This document shows, piece after piece, positions 9,859 to 20,205 of a stretch of DNA of 64,000 nucleotides (positions within the stretch are counted from its first letter, which is position 1; every line of letters begins with the position of its first letter). A program made the translations under genes and the position numbers. The DNA is from Mesotaenium endlicherianum (lineage: Eukaryota): positions 62,001-126,000 of the forward strand of contig WELA01003621.1 of the NCBI GenBank assembly GCA_009602735.1. Reading direction: 5' to 3'. The notes beneath the pieces were generated by a model, which was not told the DNA's origin, made no database searches, and saw only the letters and a program-made list of their open reading frames with translations.

Positions 9859-11421
9859 ATGCCCAACCGTTCTACCGATGCACTTTTCCAGCTGGTTCAA
9901 TCGCTCGAAAGGTCTGAAAAACGCAATTTCAAGCTCTATATGAACCGGATTTCGGCCGGAGGGGGTGGTGATTTGAAGATTGTGCAGCTTTTCGATGCCC
10001 TGGATAAGATGAAACAATATGATGAGGAAGCCCTCCTGAAAAAGAACCCTTCCCTTCAAAAACAGCAGCTTTCCAATCTCAAAGCCCACCTGTATCACGA
10101 ACTCCTGGCCAGCCTGCGCCTGTTGAAACAGGAAGAGAATATCGACCTGCAGCTGCATGAGCAGCTCGATTTTGCCCGTTTATTATACAACAAGGGGTTG
10201 TATCACCAAAGTCTGCGGATACTCGATCGCATCAAAGACCTGGCCCGTACCAATAACCAGGTCACTTATATCGGGCAGGTATTGTTCTTAGAGAAAAAGA
10301 TCGAATCGCTGCATATTACCCGGAGTATGCAAGACCGGGCGGAGCGGCTCAGCGCCGAAGTGGAAGAAGTGAATGCGCGGCTTTCTGTTATCGGCAAACT
10401 GTCTAATCTTTCCCTGCAATTGTACAGTTGGTATATCCGCAATGGGCACGCCCGCAATGAAAAAGATACGGCAGCGCTGGATCTTTTTTTCAAGCAGGAT
10501 GTACTGCAACATAGCCAGACCTGCAAAGGCTTTTATGAACGACTCTATCTTTATCAGTGTTACTGCTGGTATGCCTTCATTACCCAGGATTTTCTGATGT
10601 ATTACCGTTATTGCCAGAAATGGGTAGACATTTTCGATAACGATCCCAAAATGATCGAAATAGAGACTGCTCATTATATCAAGGGCATGCACAACCTCAT
10701 GAGCGCACATTTCGATCTCAGGAATTACCAGAAATTCAACGAGTCTATCGAGGTGTTTGAAAAATTCATCGAAACACCTGTGATTCAAGGCAACCAGAAC
10801 AACCTCATTCAAACTTTCATTTACCTGGTAACCGCCAAGTTGAACAAGCATTTCATGGAAGGCACTTTTACAGAGGGGCTCTACCTGGTTCCTTATATTG
10901 AAGAGAAGATCAAAGAATACGAATTGTATCTCGACAGGCACCGGATATTGGTATTCTATTATAAAATAGCATCACTCTATTTCGGTAGCGGCGATCATGA
11001 TAAAAGCATCGATTACCTCAATAAGATCATCAACCTTAAAGTAGACCTGCGCACCGATCTGCAATGTTATGCACGCCTGCTTCACCTGATTGCACATTAT
11101 GAGTTGGGCAATTTTGAATTGCTGGAATACCTGTTGAAATCGGTTTACCGCTTCATGGCCAAGATGGAGAACCTGAGCACTGTTGAAGAAAAGATTTTTG
11201 CTTTTTTGAGAAACTCTTTCCGGTTAACGCCCCGTCAGCTGAAACCGCAATTCGAAACGCTGTTACAAACATTGAAACCGCTCGAAAAAAATCGTTTGGA
11301 AAGTCGCGCCTTCATGTACCTCGATATCATTTCCTGGCTCGAAAGCAAGATCGACCAGAAACCGGTGCAGGATATTATCCGGCAAAAATTCCTGGATGCC
11401 AGGCGTAATAAAACCGATTAA
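9859..11421 (+). CDS. Conserved Bacteroidota hypothetical protein, alpha-helical/TPR-like
   Basis: 520 aa with no signal peptide; TPR-like segments such as YYKIASLYFGSGDHDKSIDYLNKII. Divergent from leuA. Confidence 0.8.
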   Translation: MPNRSTDALFQLVQSLERSEKRNFKLYMNRISAGGGGDLKIVQLFDALDKMKQYDEEALLKKNPSLQKQQLSNLKAHLYHELLASLRLLKQEENIDLQLHEQLDFARLLYNKGLYHQSLRILDRIKDLARTNNQVTYIGQVLFLEKKIESLHITRSMQDRAERLSAEVEEVNARLSVIGKLSNLSLQLYSWYIRNGHARNEKDTAALDLFFKQDVLQHSQTCKGFYERLYLYQCYCWYAFITQDFLMYYRYCQKWVDIFDNDPKMIEIETAHYIKGMHNLMSAHFDLRNYQKFNESIEVFEKFIETPVIQGNQNNLIQTFIYLVTAKLNKHFMEGTFTEGLYLVPYIEEKIKEYELYLDRHRILVFYYKIASLYFGSGDHDKSIDYLNKIINLKVDLRTDLQCYARLLHLIAHYELGNFELLEYLLKSVYRFMAKMENLSTVEEKIFAFLRNSFRLTPRQLKPQFETLLQTLKPLEKNRLESRAFMYLDIISWLESKIDQKPVQDIIRQKFLDARRNKTD

Positions 11422-13277
11422 ACGGTTTGAGTAGGCGGTTCAATTAGTATTTCTCTTCCGGCAGGGAAAACAATATGCAGTTGGCATCCTTTGTTGGGAG
11501 CGCTTTTCAATTCAATACTGCCGTTGTATAATTCCACGCGGCTAAAAATATTGTTGATGCCGATTCCCTTTCTTTTTACAGCGGTGTCGAAGCCCTTCCC
11601 GTTATCGGTAATGGAAAGGCGGATGAAATCATCCCTGTACAATTCAATAGTAACACAGTTCGCATTGGCATGCTTGATAATGTTGTTGATCTGCTCCTGC
11701 ACGATCCTGAAAATATTGAGCTTAAACTCGTAGTTGATGTCTTCCTCATAAAAAGATTCGTAGAAAAATTCAATACTCATCTGGTTCGCCACCAGTATAT
11801 CTTCTACCAGTCCGTCGATGGCTTTGGCCAGACCAAAATCTTTGATCAGCGGCGTTACGAGCGCCTTGGATAGTTTCCGGATCTCTTCAATGGCGTTGAA
11901 AATAAAACCAGAAGATTGTTTCAATAATTCCTGGTGATTATCGCTTCCCTTCAATGCCGTTGCGAGGTACATCATGGCAACCGTGAGTTGCTGGTTCACA
12001 TTGTCGTGCAGCTCTTTGCTGATCTCATATCTTTCTTTTTCCTGCTCGCGTATAACAGCTTCCGTGATCTCCTTCTGCTTCATCTGCCTTTCTTCCTGCA
12101 GCTTTTTTTCCATCTGCTTCTTTTCGGTCACATCCCGCGAGTTCGACACAATGCCCCTGACAGAAGGATCCTCGATGAGATTGGTAAGCTTAGCCTCCAA
12201 CCAGCGCCATTCCCCATCGGCATTCTTAAACCGGAAGGAAGATATTTCAAGCGATGGCTGCTGGCTGATCTGTTTGAACCGTTTGCGTATAAACGCCATA
12301 TCATCCGGATGGATGAAATCGAATAAATTCCTGCCTACCAGGGTTGATGGCGTATAACCCAGCACTTTTTCTACCGTAGGGCTTGAGAAAGTGAAATGGC
12401 CATCTTCATCCAGTATTTTGATCATATCTGATCCATTCTGCACCAGCGACCGGAATCTTCTCTCGCTGTTGATGACTTTGAGTTCGGCCAGTTTGCGGTC
12501 TGTGATGTCCTGCATGGCGCCTATCATCCGGCGTGGTGTTTGACCATGATATAACAGGTATCCTTTGTCAACCACGTGCGCATAAGTTCCATCGGCCTTC
12601 CTGAAACGGAATTCATCCTGCCAGATGGAATGTGTATTACTGCTGATGGATTTGAACAAACCATCTATGACCCGCTGCCTGTCGTCGGGGTGGATACATT
12701 TCTCCCAGAAATCTGCCGAAGTTTTAAAATCGGTGACCTGGTATCCGTAGAGTTTGTAGATGTTTTCACCGGCCCAATAAATCTCGTTCGTATCGAGGTT
12801 CCAGTCCCACACCATATCATTGGTGGCCTTGGTAACAAATTCATAACGCTCATTGCTTTCGCGCAGGTTTTCCAGGTTCCGCTTACGTTCTATGCTGTAT
12901 TGAATGGATTTGGAAAGCAGCTTCTCATCAAACTCTCCTTTTATCAGGTAATCCTGCGCGCCGTTGGCCATAGTTTCCAACGCTACGTGCATATCTATCA
13001 TACCTGTTAATACAATGATGGGAATAGAAACGGCATATTGGTTGATGATCTTGTAAGATTCCAGCCCATCGCTGTCGGGCAGGGTAAGGTCGAGCAGCAC
13101 CAGGTTGATCTTTTGCAGTTGGAGTACTGAAATGGCTTGTGTCGCATTCGTTACCCTGAAGAGCCTGGCCACAGGCAACGAAGTAGCACCGAGCAACTCT
13201 TCCAATAAGAAAAGGTCTCCCGGGTTATCCTCTACAATAAGTATGTTCATTTGCAGGTAATGATCAGACATACTCAT
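11418..13277 (-). CDS. REC-PAS-PAS-HisKA_3 hybrid sensor kinase
   Basis: N-terminal receiver (ILIVEDN, LLDLTLPDSDG), two PAS domains, H-box SKELHDNVNQ, and NIIKHA / DNGKGF ATPase motifs. Start could be 13250. Confidence 0.9.
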   Translation of the reverse strand: MSMSDHYLQMNILIVEDNPGDLFLLEELLGATSLPVARLFRVTNATQAISVLQLQKINLVLLDLTLPDSDGLESYKIINQYAVSIPIIVLTGMIDMHVALETMANGAQDYLIKGEFDEKLLSKSIQYSIERKRNLENLRESNERYEFVTKATNDMVWDWNLDTNEIYWAGENIYKLYGYQVTDFKTSADFWEKCIHPDDRQRVIDGLFKSISSNTHSIWQDEFRFRKADGTYAHVVDKGYLLYHGQTPRRMIGAMQDITDRKLAELKVINSERRFRSLVQNGSDMIKILDEDGHFTFSSPTVEKVLGYTPSTLVGRNLFDFIHPDDMAFIRKRFKQISQQPSLEISSFRFKNADGEWRWLEAKLTNLIEDPSVRGIVSNSRDVTEKKQMEKKLQEERQMKQKEITEAVIREQEKERYEISKELHDNVNQQLTVAMMYLATALKGSDNHQELLKQSSGFIFNAIEEIRKLSKALVTPLIKDFGLAKAIDGLVEDILVANQMSIEFFYESFYEEDINYEFKLNIFRIVQEQINNIIKHANANCVTIELYRDDFIRLSITDNGKGFDTAVKRKGIGINNIFSRVELYNGSIELKSAPNKGCQLHIVFPAGREILIEPPTQTV

Positions 13278-13396
13278 CTGTTATTTTGAACGGCCTTAGT
13301 TTTCCTCATACAAACAGGTATAAAATAACTTACAAAAAAACATAAACTATTCTGCTATTCCATGTCTTTCCTTTCATTTCATTGAAATGATGAAGA

Positions 13397-14923
13397 TTAT
13401 TTACCGATGGTCAGGTAAAAACAACTGCCATTCTCTTTGCCCGATTCCACCCAGATACTGCCGCCATGTCTTTCTGCGATCTTTTTACAAATAGCCAACC
13501 CTATACCGGTTCCGCTGTAACTGCCTTTACTATGCAGGCGTTGGAACAGCTGGAAAATCTTCTCATAGTGTGCTGCATCAATACCAATACCATTGTCTTT
13601 CACACTGAACAGGTACTGGCTCTCCATCTCTTTGCATGTTATTTTTATCGAAGGAATTTCCTTGCTATGGTATTTCAATGCATTGCCTACCAGGTTCTGA
13701 AACAATTGAAACATCTGCGTTTTATTCGCATTGATCATGGGCAGGTTACCTATTTCCACTTGTGCATTCGTTTCCTTGATCTCTTTTTCGAACAAGTTGT
13801 AAATATCTTTCAGCAACTCATTCATATTTACTTCCTCATACCCGCTTTTATCCGACCCTACGCGGGAATAAGTGAGCAGGTCGAGGATCAATTTCTTCAT
13901 CCTTTCAGCGCCATCCAGCGCATAATGGATGTACCTGTCTGCCGTTTCGTCTATTTGCCCTTCGTATTTTTTCCTGAACAACTGTAAAAAGCTGCTTACC
14001 ATACGCAAAGGTTCCTGTAAATCGTGAGAAGCTACATACGCAAACCGTTCGAGTTCAATATTTGAAGTAGTCAGTTCCGCAGCCCTTTTTTTCAGGCGTG
14101 TGTTCAATTCCCCAAGCAACGCTTCTGCAGCCCTTCTTCTCGTAATATCCTGCGTGGCGCCGATCATGCGAATAGCCTTCCCTTCCTGATTGCGTATGAT
14201 ATATCCCTTGTCGTAAATATAAGCAAAGCTCCCGTCCGCCTTGATGATCCTGTACTCATCATCCCAATAAGCATCCTGCGAATCATTGAGTGCCCGCGCC
14301 CTTTTATTCAGCATGGATTCGAGATCATCGGGATGCACTTTCTTAATCCAGAAATCCTTGTCTTTTGAAACTTCTACCGGATCATATCCGAAATTGGTTT
14401 TCAATCCATGCCCTGTTCTTGTAACAATATCCGACTCAAGGTCCCAGTCCCAGATGGCGTCGTTGGTTGCCCTGGCTACGTATAAAAAACGCTCATTGCT
14501 TTTATAAAGTTCTTCTTCTTTCTCTTTTTTTTCAGTGATATCACGCTGGTTGATGATCATACCCTCCACACCTTTCATGTGCAACAGGTTAACCACCGTA
14601 GCTTCCACCCAAACAAAACCACCCTCTTTTTTTTTGACTCGATATTCTTTTTTGAAGCTCTTGCCCGGTGATTGGAGGACCTCTTCAAATTCACCCAATA
14701 ACCGGTTGAGGTCTGCTTCATAGATCATGTCACGTAATCGCTTTCCTACTACTTCTTCTACTTCATAGCCCATGATCTTTTTTACAGCTGGATTGATATA
14801 CGTGATCTCCCTGTGTATATTGGCATGGATAATAATGTCCATGCTATTCTCTACCAGCATCCTGAACCGTAGTTCACCGGCACCATCTGAAACAGCTTCA
14901 GCATTTCTAGTCATACGCAGCAT
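13397..14923 (-). CDS. Cytoplasmic PAS-PAS histidine kinase (HisKA)
   Basis: Motifs YVASHDLQEPLR, QNLVGNALKY, DNGIGI and GTGIGLAICKKI. Confidence 0.9.
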   Translation of the reverse strand: MLRMTRNAEAVSDGAGELRFRMLVENSMDIIIHANIHREITYINPAVKKIMGYEVEEVVGKRLRDMIYEADLNRLLGEFEEVLQSPGKSFKKEYRVKKKEGGFVWVEATVVNLLHMKGVEGMIINQRDITEKKEKEEELYKSNERFLYVARATNDAIWDWDLESDIVTRTGHGLKTNFGYDPVEVSKDKDFWIKKVHPDDLESMLNKRARALNDSQDAYWDDEYRIIKADGSFAYIYDKGYIIRNQEGKAIRMIGATQDITRRRAAEALLGELNTRLKKRAAELTTSNIELERFAYVASHDLQEPLRMVSSFLQLFRKKYEGQIDETADRYIHYALDGAERMKKLILDLLTYSRVGSDKSGYEEVNMNELLKDIYNLFEKEIKETNAQVEIGNLPMINANKTQMFQLFQNLVGNALKYHSKEIPSIKITCKEMESQYLFSVKDNGIGIDAAHYEKIFQLFQRLHSKGSYSGTGIGLAICKKIAERHGGSIWVESGKENGSCFYLTIGK

Positions 14924-15060
14924 TGGTCTTCACACAATTTCGCCAAGATTTGCAAAAGCGCCAAGAAGATTTATTGCACAACAAAAGCACGCTATGCAGC
15001 TTGCTATTAAACTGATTAATAGCAGTTTACGAAGATGCTCTATTTAAATGGAAACCGGGG

Positions 15061-16845
15061 TCAACGATAAATCTGCTCGATCGCTTCTCTGAATTTTTCC
15101 ATCACCACTTTTCTTTTCAGGCTCAGCTTGGGTGTCATCTCACCTGTTTCGATGGTCCATTCATGTGGCAGCAATTCAAATTTTTTGATTTGTTCAACGT
15201 GGTTGAAACCGGTATTGTACTGATCTACCAGTTTCTGATACATTTCCAATACACGGGGTTCACGTATCGCTGCCTCATTGGTAGTAAAAGTAATATTATT
15301 TGCTTTCATCCAATCTTTCAGGGCTGCAAAAGTTGGCACGATCAAAGCGCCTACGAACTTACGTTCAGGGCCTACCACCATTACCTGTTCTATGAAACGG
15401 CTTTCTTTGAGTTTATTTTCAATGGGTTGTGGGGCAACATATTTTCCTCCGCTGGTTTTGAACAATTCTTTTTTCCTGTCGGTGATTCGCAGGAAGCCGC
15501 CTTCTTCCAATACGCCTATATCGCCGGTATGCAACCATCCGTCTATCACCGTTTCGGCCGTAAGATCGGGTCGTTTATAATACCCTTCCATTACACTGGG
15601 GCCGCTTACACATATCTCACCGTCTTCTTCCAGTTTAAGGGTTACTCCTTCTATCACCGGCCCCACTGTTCCAAGGCGGTTACCACCTTTTGCTTTCCGG
15701 TTTACCGCGATAACCGGACTGTTCTCGGTTGGTCCATACCCTTCATAGACAGGTATGCGGGCAGCATTGAAAATACGCAATAGCTTTACCTGGCAGGCCG
15801 CTCCTCCGGTTACAATGAAGGCAACATTACCCCCCAGCGCTTCGCGCCATTTGCTGAAGACCAGCTTATTGGCAAGCGCCAACTGCAAACGATACCAGGG
15901 CCCGCTGCTGTTGTTGTTATCGTATTGAGATGCCAGGCTTACCGACCAGAAAAAAAGTTTACGCTTGATGCCCGTAAGCTCATTGCCTTTGTTCATAATG
16001 CGCTCAAACACTTTCTCCAACAAACGCGGCACTGTGGTAAACCCATTAGGCTTTACTTCGCGGAGATTGTCTCCAATAGTATCCATGCTCTCTGCATAAT
16101 AAATGCCAATGCCGCTGTAGAGATAGATGTAGGTGACCATCTTTTCGAAAATATGGTTGAGCGGCAGAAAGCTCAGCACTTTATATTGAGGTGCATCTTC
16201 AAAAGGGAAACTTATTTTCGAATAATACAGGTTCGAATAGATATTACGGTGACTCAACATCACGCCTTTGGGTGTACCCGTTGTTCCCGATGTATAAATG
16301 ATGGTAGCCAGTTGCGATACCGGTATGTTCTTTTTGATACGCGCTACTTCCTGTAGCAGATCGTCATTTGCGAGCTCTGTTACCGCACTCCAATGTTCAG
16401 CTCCTTCTATCTTGTCAAAGCTGTAAATGGTTTTTATAGAAGGCACACGGCCCGCCACCGATTTTGCTTTTTCATACAGTTCTTTATTGCCTACGAAAAT
16501 GTATTTTACCGCTGCGTCGTTCAGTATAAATTCCAATTCAGCCGGGTTGGTGGTAGGATATACTGGCACCAGTATAGCGCCCAGTTGTTGTACTGCAAGA
16601 TCGGCGAACAGCCATTCGGGCCTGTTATTACTGATGATGGCGATCTTATCGCTGCTCTCGGCGGTCATATCACCGGCGCTCACGCCCAAATGTAACAGGC
16701 CGGCGCTGAACCTGTTCACAATACCTACTACTTCTTCTGTTGAATAAGACACCCATACTCCGTTCTCCTTTGCCGACAGCATATCCTTTTTAGGAAAATG
16801 TTGTAACTGGTACTCCAGGCAATCAAACAATCTTTTCGCAGTCAT
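15061..16845 (-). CDS. Long-chain fatty acid-CoA ligase (AMP-dependent synthetase)
   Basis: AMP-binding motif IYTSGTTGTPKG, plus EGYGPTE, GWLHTGDIG and DRKKE. Confidence 0.92.
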   Translation of the reverse strand: MTAKRLFDCLEYQLQHFPKKDMLSAKENGVWVSYSTEEVVGIVNRFSAGLLHLGVSAGDMTAESSDKIAIISNNRPEWLFADLAVQQLGAILVPVYPTTNPAELEFILNDAAVKYIFVGNKELYEKAKSVAGRVPSIKTIYSFDKIEGAEHWSAVTELANDDLLQEVARIKKNIPVSQLATIIYTSGTTGTPKGVMLSHRNIYSNLYYSKISFPFEDAPQYKVLSFLPLNHIFEKMVTYIYLYSGIGIYYAESMDTIGDNLREVKPNGFTTVPRLLEKVFERIMNKGNELTGIKRKLFFWSVSLASQYDNNNSSGPWYRLQLALANKLVFSKWREALGGNVAFIVTGGAACQVKLLRIFNAARIPVYEGYGPTENSPVIAVNRKAKGGNRLGTVGPVIEGVTLKLEEDGEICVSGPSVMEGYYKRPDLTAETVIDGWLHTGDIGVLEEGGFLRITDRKKELFKTSGGKYVAPQPIENKLKESRFIEQVMVVGPERKFVGALIVPTFAALKDWMKANNITFTTNEAAIREPRVLEMYQKLVDQYNTGFNHVEQIKKFELLPHEWTIETGEMTPKLSLKRKVVMEKFREAIEQIYR

Positions 16846-16907
16846 AACAATCGGCGCCTTTAAATGCACCAGGGGTAAGTTAGGCAAAACAGTACAAATA
16901 ACAAAGC

Positions 16908-17930
16908 TTAATGGCTCATGTAGTATTGTCCTGCCGGCAGTTTAAACACGCGGCCCTCCTGGAATGATTTGAAACCGTTGTATTCTTTTGGATGGTTGTT
17001 TTGCCATATCTGGTAAGCATCTGCGTTGATCACTCCGCCGAACAACCATTGATTGTACGCTTCAAAAATTCCTTCCCGCAAAAGATATTGTTCCTGCTCG
17101 AACAAACGGAAAGGATACTGTTGTTTGTTATTACCCTGGAACCATTCCAGGATGAAGCGGGTCCTAATCGTAACCAGGTTGTCGATATTAACGCCGTCTT
17201 TCGCCAGCGCCATTGTTTTAGCATAAGTGTTCAGCACTTCTTTTTCAAAGTTGCTGGTACCTTTCGCAGCAACAGCATCCTGCAGGGTATTCCCTTTGAA
17301 CAGATTCGCGTATGCAAACAATAATCCTTTTTTCACATCTTCTGTCCGGGGTGTAAAGCTTTCCAGGTTCAGGAAGAGCTCTCCGTATAATATCACCCTG
17401 ATCCACTTGGCTTTTTTAGCGTAATAGCGTGCTGCATTGTAATAATTACTGCTGTAATTGGGATCAGATACGATGCCTTTTTCCCATTTTACAATGGCAT
17501 CGCCAAGGCTATTATCCATTTCCAACAACTCACCGTATTCGTTATAGATGACGCCGCTGTTGGGGAATTTTTTGATAGCCTCTTTGTACAATTTGCCGCA
17601 ATCTTTATATGCAGCAATGCTTTTGTAACTCATTCCCAGTATCTGGAAAGTTTGCTCATCGGCATCAGGTCGCTGCACCAGTGGTTTGGCTACTTCTATT
17701 GCTTTTGCAAAATCCCTTTTAAGGTAATTGGCATAGGAGAGATTTTTCAGCAACTCGAGGTTCTGGGGATCTTTCGCCACGGCTTTTTCAAGGACTGTTA
17801 CAGCATTCGTAAAATCTCCCTGCCGCATCATGGACATGGCTGTTTCCTGTAGCTGCTGGGCAGTAGTTTGTTGTCCGTAAGAACCATGAAACAACAATAA
17901 AGCAACGAAAGCGATCAGTACGTTTTTCAT
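16908..17930 (-). CDS. Exported tetratricopeptide repeat protein
   Basis: Sec-type signal peptide followed by several TPR-like repeats. Confidence 0.8.
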   Translation of the reverse strand: MKNVLIAFVALLLFHGSYGQQTTAQQLQETAMSMMRQGDFTNAVTVLEKAVAKDPQNLELLKNLSYANYLKRDFAKAIEVAKPLVQRPDADEQTFQILGMSYKSIAAYKDCGKLYKEAIKKFPNSGVIYNEYGELLEMDNSLGDAIVKWEKGIVSDPNYSSNYYNAARYYAKKAKWIRVILYGELFLNLESFTPRTEDVKKGLLFAYANLFKGNTLQDAVAAKGTSNFEKEVLNTYAKTMALAKDGVNIDNLVTIRTRFILEWFQGNNKQQYPFRLFEQEQYLLREGIFEAYNQWLFGGVINADAYQIWQNNHPKEYNGFKSFQEGRVFKLPAGQYYMSH

Positions 17931-17971
17931 AATATTATTTTGAATCGGCGCCGGATGCCGGTACGCGCTGT

Positions 17972-19207
17972 TTATTGATAAATAAGATGCGTCAACAATC
18001 CATCCCTTAGTTTCGGCTCAAACCAGGTGCTTTTGGGAGGCATTACATTACCGCTGTCGGCAATATCGAACAGTTGTTCGATGGTTACCGGGTACAAGCT
18101 GAAAGCTGCTGCCATCTCCCCGCTGTTCACTCTTTTTTCCAGTTCCTGTAATCCGCGTATACCTCCCACAAAATCAATCCTTTTATCGGTACGGGGATCT
18201 TGTATGCCCAGGATGGGATCAAGCACATTGTTTTGCAGGATAGTAACATCCAATACACCAATCGGGTCTTCGATAAACGTGCCTGGTAAAGCGGTGAGTT
18301 TGTACCAGCTGCCATTTAAATACAATCCGAATGTATGCAGATGGGAAGGCTTGTATGCTGCAGCGCCCACCAACTCTATCGTGAACTTCTCTTTCAATGC
18401 TGCAAGGAATTGTTCCGCATCCAGTCCGTTCAGGTCTTTCACCACCCGGTTATAATCCATGATGTATAACTGGTTAGAAGGAAAAAGCGTAGTGAGAAAA
18501 AAATCGGCTCCATTGCCCGTTTTGTTTTCTATCGCTTTGCGCACTTTAGCTGCAGAAGCGGCCCGGTGATGGCCATCAGCAATATAGGTATAGGGTATTT
18601 CTGATTCGAAAAGACCGCTGATCGTTTCGCAGGTAGTGGTATCATTGACAATCCAGATGGTATGTTGTATTGCATCATCGGCAACAAAATCATATACCGG
18701 CGATTTGGTTTCCTGCCATTCAGCAATGAGCGCATCTACTTTTTCATTGTGGCGGTATGCGAGGAAAACATTCCCTGTTTGCGCACCGGAAGTTTTGATA
18801 TGGTTGATGCGATCCTGCTCTTTCTCCGGGCGGGTGAATTCATGTTTACGGATAATGTCGTTCTCATAATCGTTGATGCTGCTTACACAAACAAGCCCGG
18901 TTTGGCTGCGGCCATCCATCACCAACCGGTAGATATAATAACATTCCCTGTTTTCCCTGAAAAGCACATCTCTTTTGATGAATGCCTCCAGGTTTGCTTT
19001 CGCCTGCTCATACACCTGCTGTGAATGGATATCCACAGATTCGGGCAGGTCGATCTCGCTTTTGGTAATATGCAGGAAGGAATTGGGATTGCCTTGTGCT
19101 TCAATTTTTGCTTCTGTACTGTTCAATACATCATACGGACGGCTGGCCACTTGCTTGGCCAGTTGCGCATGCGGACGCAGCGCCTTAAAAGGTTTTACTA
19201 TTGCCAT
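17972..19207 (-). CDS. DUF1015 family protein
   Basis: Motifs PYDV, KHEFTR, YIADGHHR and MPPKSTWFEPKLRDGL. Confidence 0.9.
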   Translation of the reverse strand: MAIVKPFKALRPHAQLAKQVASRPYDVLNSTEAKIEAQGNPNSFLHITKSEIDLPESVDIHSQQVYEQAKANLEAFIKRDVLFRENRECYYIYRLVMDGRSQTGLVCVSSINDYENDIIRKHEFTRPEKEQDRINHIKTSGAQTGNVFLAYRHNEKVDALIAEWQETKSPVYDFVADDAIQHTIWIVNDTTTCETISGLFESEIPYTYIADGHHRAASAAKVRKAIENKTGNGADFFLTTLFPSNQLYIMDYNRVVKDLNGLDAEQFLAALKEKFTIELVGAAAYKPSHLHTFGLYLNGSWYKLTALPGTFIEDPIGVLDVTILQNNVLDPILGIQDPRTDKRIDFVGGIRGLQELEKRVNSGEMAAAFSLYPVTIEQLFDIADSGNVMPPKSTWFEPKLRDGLLTHLIYQ

Positions 19208-19259
19208 GCGGCAAATATCTGCAAATAATTATAAAAGAAATGTTAGGGTCCTGGCTTTC

Positions 19260-20204
19260 TCAGCGTATGGCTTTTTCAAAAGCGGCCAGTCCTTTTTTGA
19301 CGAGGGGTTGTTTTTCCGACAGCCATTTGAACAGGAATATCCCGGTTACTGAGCAGGCTATGCCCGCCAGCACATCCAACACATAATGATGGCCGGAATA
19401 CACGGCCGAGAACCAGATGCCTGCCATTACCAGCACAAACAGGAGGTTGACAGCTCCCAACTTGTTTTTGATACCATAATACAGCACGATCAGCGGATAC
19501 GCAGCATGCAGCGAAGGCATGGCAGCGAACACATTAGAGCTTTTAGCATACAGGGCTTTGAATACCTCTACATGAAAAATACGGTCGAACGCCGCGAGGC
19601 CCGCGGTATTACCCGGTGTGCCCGGGATAAAGCCAAAACCATATTGCTGTACATACCAGGGCGGCGCTGCCGGATAAATATAATAGAACGCAAATCCTAT
19701 CAGGTTCACCAGCAGAAAGCTGAGCGAAAAATAAAGGAACTGCCTGCGGTCCTTAAAAAATAAAAAGCCGGCGAAAGCCAATGGCACCGGTACCCAGCAG
19801 AGATAAAAGATGCCCGCAGCTATATCCAGCAGGGTATAACGGTGCAAAGACCAATATTCATTGGGTGTCAGCAGCCGGCCGTCTTGCCAGATGCCAAACA
19901 GTTTTTTTTCTGCCTGGTACAGGCTTTCTATATGCACTGTATTGTAATGGTAATTGGGAAATGCCTTCATGTAATCGAAAATGATCCAGAAGATCATGAA
20001 AATGGAAAACCCGGTGATGAACTTGCGGGTGGCGGCAGACAGGTAGTAAAGCGTGTTGAACAATACTACCAGTATCAGTTGCTCAGATTTGAATCCAATA
20101 AGAAATGACGATAGTAAAAGATAAGCAACAGACAAAGTACCCGTTAGCAGCAGGTCTTTTCGTGTGAATAAAGAAGCAGTAGTAAGGGAAGAAGGTCTTT
20201 GCAT
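19260..20204 (-). CDS. AUR1-like inositol phosphorylceramide synthase (PAP2 superfamily)
   Basis: Multi-TM protein with YPAAPPWY, FAAMPSLH and HHYVLD catalytic motifs, in an inositol gene context. Confidence 0.85.
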   Translation of the reverse strand: MQRPSSLTTASLFTRKDLLLTGTLSVAYLLLSSFLIGFKSEQLILVVLFNTLYYLSAATRKFITGFSIFMIFWIIFDYMKAFPNYHYNTVHIESLYQAEKKLFGIWQDGRLLTPNEYWSLHRYTLLDIAAGIFYLCWVPVPLAFAGFLFFKDRRQFLYFSLSFLLVNLIGFAFYYIYPAAPPWYVQQYGFGFIPGTPGNTAGLAAFDRIFHVEVFKALYAKSSNVFAAMPSLHAAYPLIVLYYGIKNKLGAVNLLFVLVMAGIWFSAVYSGHHYVLDVLAGIACSVTGIFLFKWLSEKQPLVKKGLAAFEKAIR

Positions 20205-20205
20205 A

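Noticed and set aside
14940..14968. Short cgccaaga direct repeat upstream of the PAS kinase
   Set aside because: Only two short copies, so it cannot be distinguished from chance.
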